From: a virus
Length of the DNA: 64,000 bases
IMG/VR virus record: IMGVR_UViG_3300020172_001405
Coordinates: 37,465 to 101,464 of that record
Reading direction: 5' to 3' (one strand)
Below the pieces are notes generated by a model. That model had not been told where the DNA came from and ran no database searches. It saw only the letters and a list, made by a program, of their open reading frames with translations. This document shows positions 63,726 through 64,000 of this stretch, one piece after another (the stretch's first letter is position 1; each line of letters starts with the position of its first letter). Both the position numbers and the translations under genes were made by a program.

Positions 63726-64000
63726 TTATGAAGCTGCTGCCCAAGGTGTGATTGTGATCGTAGCTGTTGAAGCAACTGAAGCTGTTCCAGCTGCAACTGA
63801 CTGAGTCTTGAGTGTTCCAGCAACACCAGAAACAACACCAGCAAGACTTGTTAGAGCCTGTACTGTAGTTGCTGTTCCAGTTACTGTGAACACGTTTGCG
63901 CTTGTAACAGCAAGAACTGTCCAAGTACCGTTTACGCCATCTCCACCAGAAACGTCAGAAATCGTTACCTTGTTACCTGCAACAAAGCCGTGGCTTGCTG
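63726..64000 (-). CDS. 3' end of a beta-rich, probably structural protein (PASTA-like C-terminus); 5' end outside the window
   Basis: Manual: ...SHGFVAGNKVTISDVSGGDGVNGTWTVLAVTSANVFTV...KTQSVAAGTASVASTATITITPWAAAS*. Confidence 0.65.
   Translation of the reverse strand, partial: ASHGFVAGNKVTISDVSGGDGVNGTWTVLAVTSANVFTVTGTATTVQALTSLAGVVSGVAGTLKTQSVAAGTASVASTATITITPWAAAS

Overview
The whole window is part of one tailed dsDNA phage genome with a contractile tail (myovirus morphotype). Almost all genes are on the minus strand. Two WhiB-family regulators indicate an actinobacterial host. The moderate-to-low GC (judged by eye) and gene set suggest a freshwater acI/Nanopelagicales-type actinophage, which is inference. 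In transcription order (right to left) the modules are: lysis/envelope genes, a lone plus-strand secreted lytic transglycosylase, terminase-portal-scaffold-major capsid, neck and fibre genes, a ~9.5 kb enzyme island, a Cys-rich fibre module, sheath/tube/chaperone/tape measure/baseplate, and a full replication-recombination module (initiator, DnaC-like loader, DnaB, primase, SNF2, SSB, PolA, RecA, resolvase, Cas4-like nuclease). The most striking element is the island at 35.9-45.4 kb inside the structural region. An FN3 fibre-like protein ending in ~100 aa of pure Pro/Phe repeats (PFF/PPFF x26) plus a Cys-rich tip is followed by seven prolyl-hydroxylase-type 2OG-Fe(II) oxygenases, two DUF6065-like proteins, a divergent glutathione-peroxidase-fold protein and an SDR. 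I read this as a candidate phage-encoded post-translational modification system for virion appendages. Other signals: a probable +1 frameshift in the tail chaperone, a structured RNA leader, three hairpins with anti-Shine-Dalgarno-like loops, a repeated putative late-promoter motif and a candidate origin inside the initiator gene. No tRNA, CRISPR array, integrase or reverse transcriptase was seen. All family calls come from motif recognition by eye; no database search was run.
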